Source of the DNA: a virus
Strand: one strand, 5' to 3'
IMG/VR virus record: IMGVR_UViG_3300012347_000211
Coordinates: 58,555-122,554 of that record
Length of the DNA: 64,000 nucleotides
Shown here: positions 18,148-28,126 of the stretch, piece after piece
How the letters are laid out: each line of letters opens with the position of its first letter
How positions within the stretch are numbered: position 1 is the stretch's first letter
Made by a program: the position numbers and the translations under genes
Notes under the pieces: generated by a model
What the model was told of the DNA's origin: nothing
Seen by the model: only the letters and a program-made list of their open reading frames with translations
The model's database searches: none

Positions 18148-19003
18148 ACTTTATCACCGTATACATTGTGTTATTTTGTTTTACCCATTCGTCTAGGTAT
18201 TCTTTAACATCAGGTCTCATTGGACCGTCAATCTCTATCACTTTCAAGAACTGCCCCTGCGGAGAATTCTCTACTGATATCATCACGCCACTCTCTGTTG
18301 GCTTCAACCATTCCTCAATGATTCCCTGCGACCATGCGCATTGATACTTCCTACATGTTTCAGGGCGTGTCTCGTATGTAGTACACTTCTTTTCCTGCAA
18401 ATAGAAACACTTCTGCTTGTTGCCGAATGGTTTGCCAAACGCTTCGCCTATCAGATGACCTTCGCAACACAGAGTGCAATCGCCGCATGGCCTCATTTTG
18501 ATCGGTGTGTTGTCTTTTGCAGTAAGTCTGTATACCTGTATCATACCATCATTCACAGAATGGAACAACCAGGGCCTGAAGATGATTCCTTCGTTTGGGC
18601 CAAGCTGGATATTGGTAGTCAGGTCCCAATCGAATAGGTTGTTGTAGTTGAGTCGGTACTCATCTAATGCGCTCCTGGCGCCACTCTTATGATTGAAGAA
18701 ATTGACTGTTGTGCTTCTTGGGTCTAGGTTTATTAAGAAGATCCAGTCACCAGGTGTGCTGAAACTTTCAAAATGAATTCCGTATCTTGGGCGTCTGAAA
18801 ACTCCAGACAGGTCATCTACAACAACCACGTCCTGAGCAAGCATCTTGCTGAATATCGGGTCGAGTCCTTGGATCACGTGGTTAAAGTTATCTACTTCGT
18901 CGCCATGCTCTTTGGGGACAAAGGGAAGACTGAGCGCTAAGTTGTATAGCGTGTCTACATCTTGCGGTGCAAAGAAGTCATCTGCATGCAATAGTTTAAT
19001 CAT
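18137..19003 (-). CDS. Fusion of a DUF6445/2OG-Fe(II)-oxygenase-like domain and a CxxCxxCC (YkgJ-type) Cys-cluster domain
   Basis: N-terminal DDFF, IHFE...IIFRPWLFHS (putative H-x-E...H triad); C-terminal CGDCTLCC...CFYL...CTTYETRPETCRKYQCAW. Confidence 0.7.
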   Translation of the reverse strand: MIKLLHADDFFAPQDVDTLYNLALSLPFVPKEHGDEVDNFNHVIQGLDPIFSKMLAQDVVVVDDLSGVFRRPRYGIHFESFSTPGDWIFLINLDPRSTTVNFFNHKSGARSALDEYRLNYNNLFDWDLTTNIQLGPNEGIIFRPWLFHSVNDGMIQVYRLTAKDNTPIKMRPCGDCTLCCEGHLIGEAFGKPFGNKQKCFYLQEKKCTTYETRPETCRKYQCAWSQGIIEEWLKPTESGVMISVENSPQGQFLKVIEIDGPMRPDVKEYLDEWVKQNNTMYTVIKYEN

Positions 19004-19015
19004 TCATCACTCCAT

Positions 19016-19049
19016 AAAAAAAGGTGCTGTCCTTTCGGAGCAGCACCTG
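19016..19049 (-). terminator. Rho-independent terminator
   Basis: Minus strand AGGTGCTGCTCC-GAAA-GGACAGCACCT followed by a T-run, just after the stop at 19067. Confidence 0.85.
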
Positions 19050-19057
19050 TATTTATA
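19050..19057 (-). promoter_or_regulatory. Late promoter TATAAATA abutting the terminator and pointing into the oxygenase-MTase-GT genes
   Basis: tatttata on + strand at 19050-19057. Confidence 0.75.
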
Positions 19058-19066
19058 ACAAGCTGA

Positions 19067-22000
19067 TTAAGCTTGAGCTTCCGTCCACGATACGCGAGCC
19101 AGAATGTTTCTTGTTACACCTTCGAGGTTAGTAACAACCAAACTCACAACGTCAGGACCATCTGGATACATGTTCAGTGTACCAGCAGATGATGCAGAGT
19201 TCGATGTAACGTTTGTTGTACCGCCACCCAAGATACTGTTACCCAAGTCACGAACCAAATCCAAGTTACGCAATGTGTTGGTGTAAGTGTTGTTACCTGG
19301 ACCGTCGGTGTAGAACGAGTAGATCGACTCACCACCGGACATTGTAACGCCTGCTGGGAATACTGCTACTTGAGCCAACGAAGCTGGGTTGTTGTTAGCT
19401 TGAACGAATGTGTTGCTGACAGATGTTGCACCGTTAACAATCAACTCACACAAGAAACGGCCATCAGACAAGAAGTCCAAGTTACGCAAAGTCAACTGCA
19501 TGCGGTTGATAACTTCTTTGATACCGAGCACGCCAGACACGCCGTTATCAACGGTTGGTGCAATGCGCAAGCTCAACAACGTAGCACGTTGGCCAGTTGT
19601 AACAGCAGTAGCGGTTGGCATACCGACCGAGAACACGAACGACTTATCGTCATCGTAACGACCGTCCATAATGACCGAAGAACCCCAGTGGCTAACCAAT
19701 GGTGAGAACTGTGGTGCGTGACCTTGGACAGCGATAGGAGCAGTTTCGCTGTATGTGTGAGTGGTAGAAGCACCAGCTGCACCCATTGCGAAGAATGTCA
19801 TCGTTACGCCAGTACCGGTCAGCAAAGCACCTTGGTTCAACGTGATCGTTGTTGGTCCAAGAGACACAATCCACGAACCTGTCGCGATACCGTTACCTTG
19901 CACGTACATACCTGGTTGCAATGTTGCAGTAGAAGCAGCAGACATCACAGCGCTACCAGTGGTAGTGTTAACAGCCAATGTGCCGCCAGCCTTACCACGA
20001 GTCAGACCAGTAAACTCCGTTGCAGTCTTACCTGTGTAGTAGCAGTATTCGTATGCTGTTGGGTTAGCGATCAACAACGAACCAGCGGTTGGGAAGCCAT
20101 CTGTACTAGCAACAGTCAGCGTAGTTCCACCAGCAGTAGCAGTATTCATATGCTGTTGGGTTAGCGATCAACAACGAACCAGCAGTTGGGAAGCCATCTG
20201 TGCTAGCAACAGTCAGCGTAGTTCCACCAGCAGCCAACGTTGCCATCATGCGAGTGGTGTATCCGTTTGTGTTGGTTTCGTAACGAGCTGGCAAGTTACC
20301 AGAGCGCATGTATGCTTCGAGGTTGATGTTGTTGTTAACCAAGCGGTGAGCGTATGTAACTTCACCACGACCGTCTTTAAAGCCGTAACGAATTGCGCCA
20401 GCACCGTACCATGAGTAGTCCATGTACAACATCTGGATACGACGTAGGTCGATGTTGTAACCAGTTGGGCCTGTGCCATCAACACGATCGATGTTCCACG
20501 CACTTTGTGGGATCTTAGTATCGATTGTCTTGCTGAAGATAGACTTCATACCACCAGTCATAGAGACGCCACGGTATTCTGGCAGGATAGTCATCGACGT
20601 ATCGCTCAGAATGTTTTCAACACGGTACGACATACCACGGATCACAATATAGTCGCCAGTATTCAATTGGCGGGCAAATTGTGTGTTGGTACCAGTTACT
20701 ACAGCAGAGTTCTGAGTACACACGACGGTACCAAGCATTTGCTGTGTGGAGTTTCTACGAACAGCCCACAGTGTTTGGCCATCATACTCGTAGAAGAAGC
20801 CGTTTTGTTGGTCGAACATACCAACACGAACAGAAGCGTGGTACCAGTTGTTGACGATAACAGTAGGAACGCTACCAGAAGCCAATGCAGGTGGCTCGCT
20901 TAGTGCGCTGTAACGGAATGTATATGGATCTGGAACTTCCGAAATCACGAATGTGCCATTGAACGCCGAACCGGCTGGCAAGCAACCTTCGATGGAAATG
21001 CTGACGCCTGGCACCAATTGGTGGGCGGCCTTTGTAACAACAGTGACGGTGAACACAGAAGCTGTGATCGACTCGATGTTGAAGTTAGGCTTGATAACAG
21101 CACCAGTAGAGAACTGGATACCCTTACCGGATTGGTAACGGAAGTAACGACGGGTCTGACGAGCCATTGTTAGGTTGTGCGAAGCTGCTGTGGTGCTATA
21201 TTGTACGCCGCCGTCGAATGGACGGTGGTAGAATGTACCTTCTGGACGAACGTGGATTGAACCGCCAGTCAAAGCACCTGTAGGCGTTGTTGTAGACAAG
21301 AATGTGAACGCGGTTGAGTTAATAACCCCAGACACAGGCCAGGTTCCGATAGGGTTACCAGAAGTAGCAATCGATGTGTTACGAACCATCACATAGTTAC
21401 CAACACGCAATCCATGGACAGTGTTAGCAGTGATCGTAACAGCATTACCAGAAATTGTGTTAGCGGTGACGCCGAATGAGTTACTTGTGTAAGCGCCAGG
21501 TGATGTTGTAACAGTTGCGCTGCCGTTAGCAAACACAAGAGTTTGACCCATGCTGTAAATGTTGGCAGTAGCAGGAGCTTCACGCTTCATATCGTATGTG
21601 AACGACGCACCAGCAGACACACCGCTAACAACATAGAAGCCATCAGCAGGAGCATATGTGGATCCGTTGATGTATACTGGGTGGCTAGCAATAATGTTGG
21701 TGGTTGTTGGTGTTCTTACTGTAACGGTACGGCTGTTAGCAGTAGTATCCATAGCAGTAATCGTCGCGTTTGGTGCCTGTGGCAACACATAGAACGATGA
21801 ACGGTTATTGACCAGCTGGACGTTTTCCCACTTCGTTGGTTGTAGACCATATTCAAAGTCGGTATCGATCAACGATTGTGGTTGCGACGTACGGAACTTA
21901 CCAACTGGGTCCATCAGCTGCTCAGAAGGAGCAAAACGTTGATACAGCTCATCCCAGATAATCTGGAGAGTGTCAGTCGAGCTCATCGATGTAGTGTCAA

Positions 22001-22211
22001 AGTTCAACACAATGGTTGTAGTGTTGTTTGATGTATCGAGTGTGTATGATGTTGCCTTCAGAGCTGGGTCTGAGAAGTTAAGAATAGGTGTGCCTGAGGT
22101 AACGTTGGTGATCAACACCATGCGTTCTTGTTGTACGAGACGCGGCAACACGACCGTTCTCGTAGATGGCGTAAATGTGTAATTAGTTTCAAGTAGTACT
22201 CTACGTGACAT
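19067..22211 (-). CDS. Large beta-rich virion structural protein (~1015 aa), split into two ORFs by a 97-bp tandem duplication
   Basis: ORFs 20106-22211 and 19067-20149 share the duplicated peptide AGGTTLTVASTDGFPTAGSLLIANPTAYEYCY. Removing 97 bp gives 3048 nt in one frame. Conserved motifs DPVGKFRTSQPQSLIDTDFEYG, RQTRRYFRYQSGKG, YMRSGNLPARYE, HWGSSVIMDGRYDDD. Confidence 0.8.
20038..20233. repeat. 97-bp tandem duplication with three substitutions
   Basis: Copies begin at 20038 and 20135; differences at 20051/20148, 20087/20184 and 20105/20202. Confidence 0.95.
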
Positions 22212-22231
22212 GTTTTAATTCTCCGGTTATT

Positions 22232-23593
22232 TTAGAAAGTGTCTAATGCAATAGCAAGGGGGTGGAACGGGTATGTAGTCGGCGCTGGAAGGTTAGCTGC
22301 TGATGTAGTCTGCGTGCTGTTCAACAGACGACCAGTAAAATCAGCTGTTGTTGCTGGTGCCTTCGAGAACTGTACTGTTCCGTTTGCGTTGACTTGGATA
22401 TCTCCAGTCTCTAACACAACAGGGATACCATTGCAGTACATGTACCCAGTGTAGTATACCTTGCGTTTGTGGACTTTTTGAGCTCTGTTGTTGATGAATA
22501 TCATCATTTGCTCAGGTGCAACGAGCGCTGGCGTAATAGCTTCGCCATTGTTCACAGTAAACCTAAACACTCTTTGGACGCCATTGAAGATTGGCGCATC
22601 GATATCATGCACGTTCATCGCATCGCCACCATTGAAGGTGACGTTGCCGGTAACATTCAAGTCTCCGACATTCAGTGTTTTGGTCGTTGTGTTACCAAAC
22701 CCAAGCACAGCGTCTATTGTTGGGTTTGGTGAGTCATACCAGAACACAGCTGATCCATTAGAGGTCAGATATGCTCCGTTGGATCCCGTGGTGCCGTTAG
22801 CCGAGATTCCGCCACTGAATGTGATGGTGTTCGAGAATGTTAGCTGTGCGTTTGCAGATTCAATTCCAGATCTTGGAATAGCAAAAGCTGTTGCGTTTGT
22901 GTATGCAGATACTGCTGCATCATATGCACGCTTAACAGAGTTGGCTGTCGCTGCATGTGTGGAGCTTACGTTAGCGATACCGTCAACGAGCTGCACGATA
23001 CCAGCCTGTGTGGTATTAGCTGCATTCAGTCGTGCGTTCGGAACGGTTCCGTTAGACAGATTCGAAGCATTGGCAGCGAATGTGACTGCGTTGGTGTACG
23101 CAGTGTTAGCTAGCGTGATCGTGTATGCAACAGCGTTAGAGTATGCAGCACCAGCGATTGTGGCAGCATACGATACAGCATTGGAGTACGCAGTGTCAGC
23201 TTTTGTGTTAGTGTATGTTACACTGTTCGAATATGCTGCAGCAGCCTTCGTGTCTGCATATGTTGCAGCATTGGAATAAGCAGTAGCAACACCGAGAGCT
23301 GCTTGAGCAGCAAGGTCATATGCAGTCTTAACTGCGTTTGCTGTTGGTGCAATTGTGATGCTGGTGTTACCAACATCATCGACTAAACGCAAGATACCAG
23401 CAGCGGCAGTAGTACCGGCTGGCAAGCGAGCAACGTCAACTGTACCTGTTGAAAGGTTAGTTGCGTTCGTGTAGAAGTCTGGCGACTGTCCACCTAAATT
23501 GTTTGCATTTTCGGCTGAGGTAGTAACGTGTCCGTTCGCATTGATTACGACCACGTCCCCTACCGTCAAGCCTGACTTGACTTTGAATGTCAT
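22232..23593 (-). CDS. Tail fibre-like protein with phage fibre repeats and a 15-residue coiled-coil stalk
   Basis: Two ANTTQAGIVQL...AATANSVKRAYD-type fibre repeats (Phage_fiber_2-like); five AY[S/T]N[A/S] repeats at 15-aa spacing. Confidence 0.75.
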   Translation of the reverse strand: MTFKVKSGLTVGDVVVINANGHVTTSAENANNLGGQSPDFYTNATNLSTGTVDVARLPAGTTAAAGILRLVDDVGNTSITIAPTANAVKTAYDLAAQAALGVATAYSNAATYADTKAAAAYSNSVTYTNTKADTAYSNAVSYAATIAGAAYSNAVAYTITLANTAYTNAVTFAANASNLSNGTVPNARLNAANTTQAGIVQLVDGIANVSSTHAATANSVKRAYDAAVSAYTNATAFAIPRSGIESANAQLTFSNTITFSGGISANGTTGSNGAYLTSNGSAVFWYDSPNPTIDAVLGFGNTTTKTLNVGDLNVTGNVTFNGGDAMNVHDIDAPIFNGVQRVFRFTVNNGEAITPALVAPEQMMIFINNRAQKVHKRKVYYTGYMYCNGIPVVLETGDIQVNANGTVQFSKAPATTADFTGRLLNSTQTTSAANLPAPTTYPFHPLAIALDTF

Positions 23594-23623
23594 TTCTCGT
23601 CCCTATTTAAATCAGAGAAAATG

Positions 23624-26600
23624 TTAAATTAGTCTTCTAAACTTGAAGTTGTAACTTGCAGTTCCTGATCCTATGTATGTTCCGGATATTTGAAGTTTAA
23701 TATATCCGCCGCTCTGACGCAGCGTTCTCAGGAATAGTGACTCGCCGTGAGTTGTGTCACCTGTACTGTGGAGGACAATTTCATCCGCCGTTGTTTCGTT
23801 TGTAGTGGCTCCATACCATGAAACCATACCGGTATATATCTGATTGTTACTTCCGCCAACACTACGGTCATCAGCAGTGAGCTGAACCATATACGATCCA
23901 GTGGTCATGTCTGAACCGATGATGCCAGTATCAACCCACGATGTGTTGATTGTCAGCGTCTTGGTGAACGACGCTAGACCGAAGATATCAGCTGTTGATG
24001 TTGAATCAGAACGTACGAATTGTGTAGAGGTTACACCATCCAACAAGTCAGCGTTCAGGTTCGTTACCTTGGTGGTACTTGTAACGACCAAAGGTGCAGT
24101 GCCATCAGCGACTGTAGATACCAAACGCGAACCAACTACGTTGGCTGACGCATTAACAAAACCAGTGATTGTTGTGTTACCAGCAGCGAATGTATTGCTT
24201 ACGCTAACTGCAGCTGTTGTGGTTGCGCCACGGGCAGTAACAGTGCTGAATGTATCCGTGGAATATATGTTAACCGTTCCGCCAAGGCCAATCACGCCGC
24301 TGTTAGAAACAACTACGTTATTACTTGCATTGAAGGTGATTGTGGATGATACCAAAGCACCGACAGGGATAGATGAAAGACCTGCGCCGTTACCGACGAA
24401 TGCGCTACCAGTATAAACGTTGCCAGCGATACCGACGCCACCTGCAACAACCAAAGCTCCAGTAGTAGAGTTTGTAGCAGATGTTGTAGATGTGATCTGG
24501 ATATTACCAGATACCAGCGCAGCAGCTTTGAATGAAACGTCAGACGGATCTACAGCGTTCGATGTTACATCGCCGGTATAACCTTCAAACAAGTACCACT
24601 TCTTTGTGACAGAATCACGAATGAAACCTGTCTGTGCGTTGCCGGTGCCTGGATCATATTGACCAACCAAGCCCATATCGACTGTGTCGGCAGTGTTGTT
24701 TGCAGCAACCTGAACGACGCTATCAAGTACGTTCAGAGTCGCAACGTTGATCGATGTGGTGATACCGGTAACAACCAAGTTGCCTGAAACTACGACGTTG
24801 CCGTTGAATGTTGCAGTGCCGTTGACGGTCGCATTCGCACCAACATAAAGCTGTTTAGCGACTCCCAATCCACCAGCAGTGGTAATGGAACCTGTAGTTG
24901 TATTTGATGTGTCAGCGGTGTTGCTGACTTTTACGGAACCAGCAACATTTAGGCGTTGGGCTTCATCAACAGACAGAGCCAACGTAGAAGCGCCGTCATC
25001 TTTCTTGGTGTATAGTTTTGCTACGCCGCCGAGGCTAGATGTCGAACCATTGGCAGTAAACTTCCAGCCAGCCATCTCTGCATATGCAGGTGTGCCGCCA
25101 GTATATGCGTATCCGGTATACTGACCAATGAAGTCGCCGCTTTGGCTAACGGATGGGCTTGCTTCTGTACCACGCGATGTGGATACAGTAAAGCCAGATG
25201 TCTTGCCGATCGTTGAATCGTCTGTTCCGCTGTTTGGAACATACGAGTCGATCTGGTATGTAATGTTGATCGTGTCAGTCGAAGTAGTGTCTGCACGAGG
25301 ACCGACAGTGAACTTAGTATTCGAGAAGGTATCGGATACACCATCAAGGTATCTGAAGTTGGTCGAGTTGCCCGAAACAACTTTGCCACCGCCATTCAAG
25401 AACAACACAGAGCCGTTGCTCAGCGCGTTCATGGTCAACGCACCAGTCACTGAGAAGTTATTAGCTCCTGTGATTACTGCATTGAAGGTGTTGCCGTCCG
25501 AAGCAGTTACAGATAGTGTGTTGTTAGTGATTGCATAAGATGCACCATTGACAACAGCGAATGGGACACTTTCAGCATTAGTAACTTGGCCTTTGGCATT
25601 GACGGTGAGAACAGCAACCGCTGTAGTGTTTCCGTATGTGTTAGCTACAACACCAGTATCAGCAATCGTTAAGGTAGCATCGCCCGCTGAGCTGGTAACA
25701 TCTCCATCAAATGACGGCAAGCGGCCTGCTGGAAGAGTGCCAGAATCAAAGTTAGAGGCGTTAGCTGCAAAGATCAACGCGTTGGCGTATGCTGCATCAG
25801 CAACTGTGTTTGCGTAGATGATAGCGTTAGCGTATGCATCTGCTGCAAACGATGTTGCATTAGTGACTGCGTTTGCAGCCAGATCATATGCACGCTTAAC
25901 TGAGTTTGCAGTAGCAGCGACAGTGATGCTTGTGTTAGTTACGGAGTCTACCAACTGAACAGCACCAGCGGCTGTTGTGTTTGCGGCTGGCAGATATGTT
26001 GCAGCAACTGTACCAGAGGTTACAAAGTCGCCGCTGATGTTGCCGTAGAAGTTAGTTGCAGTGACTGTACCATTGACAATAAGCGTATTCGAGCCACTGG
26101 AGGTCAATGTCATCTTGCGGTCGGTATTTGCTACGCCACCAACAAAGAATCTAACTTGGCCACTATCACCTTGAACGAAGTCTAGGTTGCCGCCAAGGTT
26201 CAGCAAGTATCCATCAAGCTGCTCAGCAAATGAGAAAGCAGGATCACCATATCCGCTACTCGACTTGCCCATGTCGATGTAGTTGGAGATGTCTGTTCCG
26301 TTATCAGCAGTGATAACGAAATCAGCAGATGCGCCAGCCTCGTCACTCAAGTTCTGGATAGCGACTTGAATGTATGTGTTTGATGTATCCGTAATCTGAA
26401 CCAACGGAGTGGTCAGAGTAGCACCACCTTGACCAATAGTCAAAGGAGCTGTAGTTACGTCTGTTGCAATACCGATACGCTTGTTGGTAGTATCAACAAA
26501 CAACGAGTTGCTAGAGAAGTTGACATTACCATCGATAATATGAGATCCGCCGCCTGTAGGAACAGATACGGTCATTTTACCGTAAATGTTGACGTTCGCG

Positions 26601-27790
26601 ACGTTCGATTGGCCAGTAATGTTTACTGTATTTGCAAACACGACAGCACCATTGACGGTACCGCCGTCTACTTTAGACAGCGCAGTGTTAGCTAGAGTGT
26701 TGGCCGCAATGGCCGCATCATATGCAGTCTTGACAGCATTTGCGGTCGGTGCAATCGTGATACTGGTGTTGTTTACTGTATCTGTAAGTCGAACAATACC
26801 TGCCAACGTAGTGTTAGCTGCATTCAATAGAGCGTTGTTTACAAGTCCACTAGACAAGTATGTTGCATTGGCTGCAAGATATGCAGCGTTGTTGTATGCT
26901 TCTGAAATGCGCAGATCGAGCGTCTTAGCAGTATTAGCAGTCACCGCATACGTGACGCTGCTGTTAGTCACACCATCAAGCAACCCCTCGAATACACCAC
27001 CTGTTGGTAGCACGAGGCTTGATGCGATCTTTAGATCAGCGACTTGGAATCTGTCAGCCGTCTCGTCCCAAATAAATTGAGCGTTCGTCTGAGCACCACG
27101 GTTGATAATGATACCAGCATTTTGTGTTGGTTCAGTCACGCCAGACACATCAGCATTCAACGTGATCAGGTTATCCCCGATGTTCAACTCAGTTGTGTTG
27201 ATATACGTCGTGTTGCCGGTTACTGTAAGGTTTGCGTTGATTATGACATCAGCATCGAATGTTGTTACAGCTGAAACATCCAGAGTGCCGCCAGTAAACG
27301 CGACGTTGCCAGTTGCAGCAATACCGTTAGCGGTTAAGTTGCGGCTAACGACTAAATTGTTGGATGTTGTTGTTCCACCTACCGCCAAGTTGCCGCTTAC
27401 GGACAAATCAGTGTATGAAAGCGATGCAGCTTGAAGATTCGCAACAGTCAACGTATCAGCAACTACTAGGTTGTTGACACTTACTGTGTTTGCAAGTCTG
27501 ACTGTGTAATCAAAATTGGTAGTGTTAGCAACCACCACCTGGCCAGTATTTGCGCTGGTAAGTGTGGTAGGGGCACGGTTGATCCATTGGCTAGTAGTAT
27601 TACTATAGGCAATGATATTGTCGCCGCTAACGTTGGTTAGGGTAACGTCTGTGAGTTGGCCAAGCTGCGATACACCACCGCCAAGGGTGGTTTTAAGCGT
27701 GACAGGTGATACGGCTTCAAGAGCGCCGGAACGTTGTCTGACTTTGATTGTTGGACGTAGGGTCGTGAGATTTAAATTTGTGTTCGCCAT
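23624..27790 (-). CDS. Long tail fibre-like protein
   Basis: 1388 aa, T/A/N/G-rich; fibre repeats (ANTTLAGIVRL...APTANAVKTAYD); LTVTGNTTYINTTELNIGDNLITLN, TTGALVVAGGVGIAG and NLNADLLDG motifs common in phage fibres. Confidence 0.8.
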   Translation of the reverse strand: MANTNLNLTTLRPTIKVRQRSGALEAVSPVTLKTTLGGGVSQLGQLTDVTLTNVSGDNIIAYSNTTSQWINRAPTTLTSANTGQVVVANTTNFDYTVRLANTVSVNNLVVADTLTVANLQAASLSYTDLSVSGNLAVGGTTTSNNLVVSRNLTANGIAATGNVAFTGGTLDVSAVTTFDADVIINANLTVTGNTTYINTTELNIGDNLITLNADVSGVTEPTQNAGIIINRGAQTNAQFIWDETADRFQVADLKIASSLVLPTGGVFEGLLDGVTNSSVTYAVTANTAKTLDLRISEAYNNAAYLAANATYLSSGLVNNALLNAANTTLAGIVRLTDTVNNTSITIAPTANAVKTAYDAAIAANTLANTALSKVDGGTVNGAVVFANTVNITGQSNVANVNIYGKMTVSVPTGGGSHIIDGNVNFSSNSLFVDTTNKRIGIATDVTTAPLTIGQGGATLTTPLVQITDTSNTYIQVAIQNLSDEAGASADFVITADNGTDISNYIDMGKSSSGYGDPAFSFAEQLDGYLLNLGGNLDFVQGDSGQVRFFVGGVANTDRKMTLTSSGSNTLIVNGTVTATNFYGNISGDFVTSGTVAATYLPAANTTAAGAVQLVDSVTNTSITVAATANSVKRAYDLAANAVTNATSFAADAYANAIIYANTVADAAYANALIFAANASNFDSGTLPAGRLPSFDGDVTSSAGDATLTIADTGVVANTYGNTTAVAVLTVNAKGQVTNAESVPFAVVNGASYAITNNTLSVTASDGNTFNAVITGANNFSVTGALTMNALSNGSVLFLNGGGKVVSGNSTNFRYLDGVSDTFSNTKFTVGPRADTTSTDTINITYQIDSYVPNSGTDDSTIGKTSGFTVSTSRGTEASPSVSQSGDFIGQYTGYAYTGGTPAYAEMAGWKFTANGSTSSLGGVAKLYTKKDDGASTLALSVDEAQRLNVAGSVKVSNTADTSNTTTGSITTAGGLGVAKQLYVGANATVNGTATFNGNVVVSGNLVVTGITTSINVATLNVLDSVVQVAANNTADTVDMGLVGQYDPGTGNAQTGFIRDSVTKKWYLFEGYTGDVTSNAVDPSDVSFKAAALVSGNIQITSTTSATNSTTGALVVAGGVGIAGNVYTGSAFVGNGAGLSSIPVGALVSSTITFNASNNVVVSNSGVIGLGGTVNIYSTDTFSTVTARGATTTAAVSVSNTFAAGNTTITGFVNASANVVGSRLVSTVADGTAPLVVTSTTKVTNLNADLLDGVTSTQFVRSDSTSTADIFGLASFTKTLTINTSWVDTGIIGSDMTTGSYMVQLTADDRSVGGSNNQIYTGMVSWYGATTNETTADEIVLHSTGDTTHGESLFLRTLRQSGGYIKLQISGTYIGSGTASYNFKFRRLI

Positions 27791-27799
27791 GGATTCCTC

Positions 27800-28126
27800 T
27801 TAACGGGTCACTTGAGGCGTCACAGTCACAATTCCTTCGACAATTCTTGATACAGTATTTCCAGAACGGAGTTCAACATCATATACGTAGCGCCCACTAG
27901 CCAAGCTTGCTGTTTGGGTTGCAGTCATCTCCAAGACGACTGAACTAGATGTTGTATTTATAGAAGCAGTAAACGCAGTAGAAGACGAAGAGGTATAGGT
28001 CTTTCTCATCTGCGATGTTGCGGTAAACCCCGTCAAATCAACGGGGGTATCGCTCATATCGGATATATCAAGGTTGATAAGGAACGTGGCTCCTTGATCA
28101 ATAACGAGGTTTGTTTTTACCGCCAT
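27800..28126 (-). CDS. Small Ig-like virion/fibre connector protein
   Basis: NLVIDQGATF...DLTGFTATSQMRK...GRYVYDVEL...RIVEGIVTVTPQVTR, a family common in T4-like phages. Confidence 0.72.
   Translation of the reverse strand: MAVKTNLVIDQGATFLINLDISDMSDTPVDLTGFTATSQMRKTYTSSSSTAFTASINTTSSSVVLEMTATQTASLASGRYVYDVELRSGNTVSRIVEGIVTVTPQVTR
27955..27962 (-). promoter_or_regulatory. Intragenic late promoter TATAAATA upstream of the 1388-aa fibre gene
   Basis: tatttata on + strand ~165 nt upstream of ATG 27790. Confidence 0.55.

Noticed and set aside
20038-20233. Duplication as a diversity-generating retroelement TR/VR pair
   Set aside because: Differences are synonymous, not confined to adenines of one copy, the copies are directly adjacent, and no reverse transcriptase is in the window.
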